A stretch of DNA of 32,000 nt from Candidatus Saccharimonadota bacterium (GTDB taxonomy: Bacteria; Patescibacteriota; Patescibacteriia; 2-12-FULL-60-25), in contig JALHOH010000001.1 in assembly GCA_022843095.1 (NCBI GenBank), positions 270,001 through 302,000 of the forward strand. Direction: 5' to 3'. Below the pieces are notes generated by a model that ran no database searches, was not told the DNA's origin, and worked only from the letters and a program-made list of their open reading frames with translations. Below are positions 31,988-32,000 of this stretch, piece after piece (the stretch's first letter is position 1; each line of letters opens with the position of its first letter). Both the position numbers and the translations under genes were made by a program.

Positions 31988-32000
31988 GCGTCTACCTTAG

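Noticed and set aside
1-32000. Scan for rRNA, tRNA, CRISPR arrays, IS elements, integrases, and toxin-antitoxin or restriction-modification style defence cassettes
   Set aside because: The intergenic regions are short (mostly under 150 bp) and are explained by terminators and promoters. No spaced direct-repeat arrays, no tRNA-like T-arm/acceptor patterns and no transposase, integrase or nuclease motifs were seen. Absence is by eye only and should be confirmed with tRNAscan-SE, Infernal and CRISPR finders.

Overview
This is a high-GC bacterial chromosomal segment using the standard genetic code (TGA acts as a stop), tightly packed with about 33 genes. All calls come from reading motifs by eye; no database search was run. 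Gene content suggests a small-genome, possibly Patescibacteria/CPR-like organism, but that is inference only.

Housekeeping blocks:
- Copper module: a DsbD_2/TauE-like membrane protein fused to a cupredoxin-like domain, plus a CopA P1B-ATPase.
- Fe-S operon: Rrf2 regulator, NifS, NifU (IscU plus a degenerate BFD domain), a separate Nfu C-terminal domain, and a ferredoxin.
- rpsF-ssb-rpsR.
- epmA, an MTH1-like Nudix hydrolase, a Gmk-like kinase, an APH-like kinase and efp.
- A DM13 lipoprotein and a histidine phosphatase.
- A minus-strand hflX-cca-ABC(GldA/GldF-GldG-like) operon.

Interleaved with these is a dispersed cell-surface / type IV pilus set:
- pilM and three paralogous pilins.
- An Ig-like (Big_1-type) secreted protein.
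- Three unrecognisable proteins sharing one layout: signal peptide, single TM helix, cytoplasmic coiled-coil.
- One soluble protein with a cNMP-like domain and a coiled-coil.

The three membrane coiled-coil proteins share N-terminal and proline-rich short motifs. Two have a FimV-like LysM-ish N-terminus.

The surface genes carry a recurring extended -10 box (TGnTAnAnT). Three of them place it 9-10 nt from an SD-less ATG, which implies leaderless mRNAs.

I saw no rRNA, tRNA, CRISPR array, IS element or integrase.
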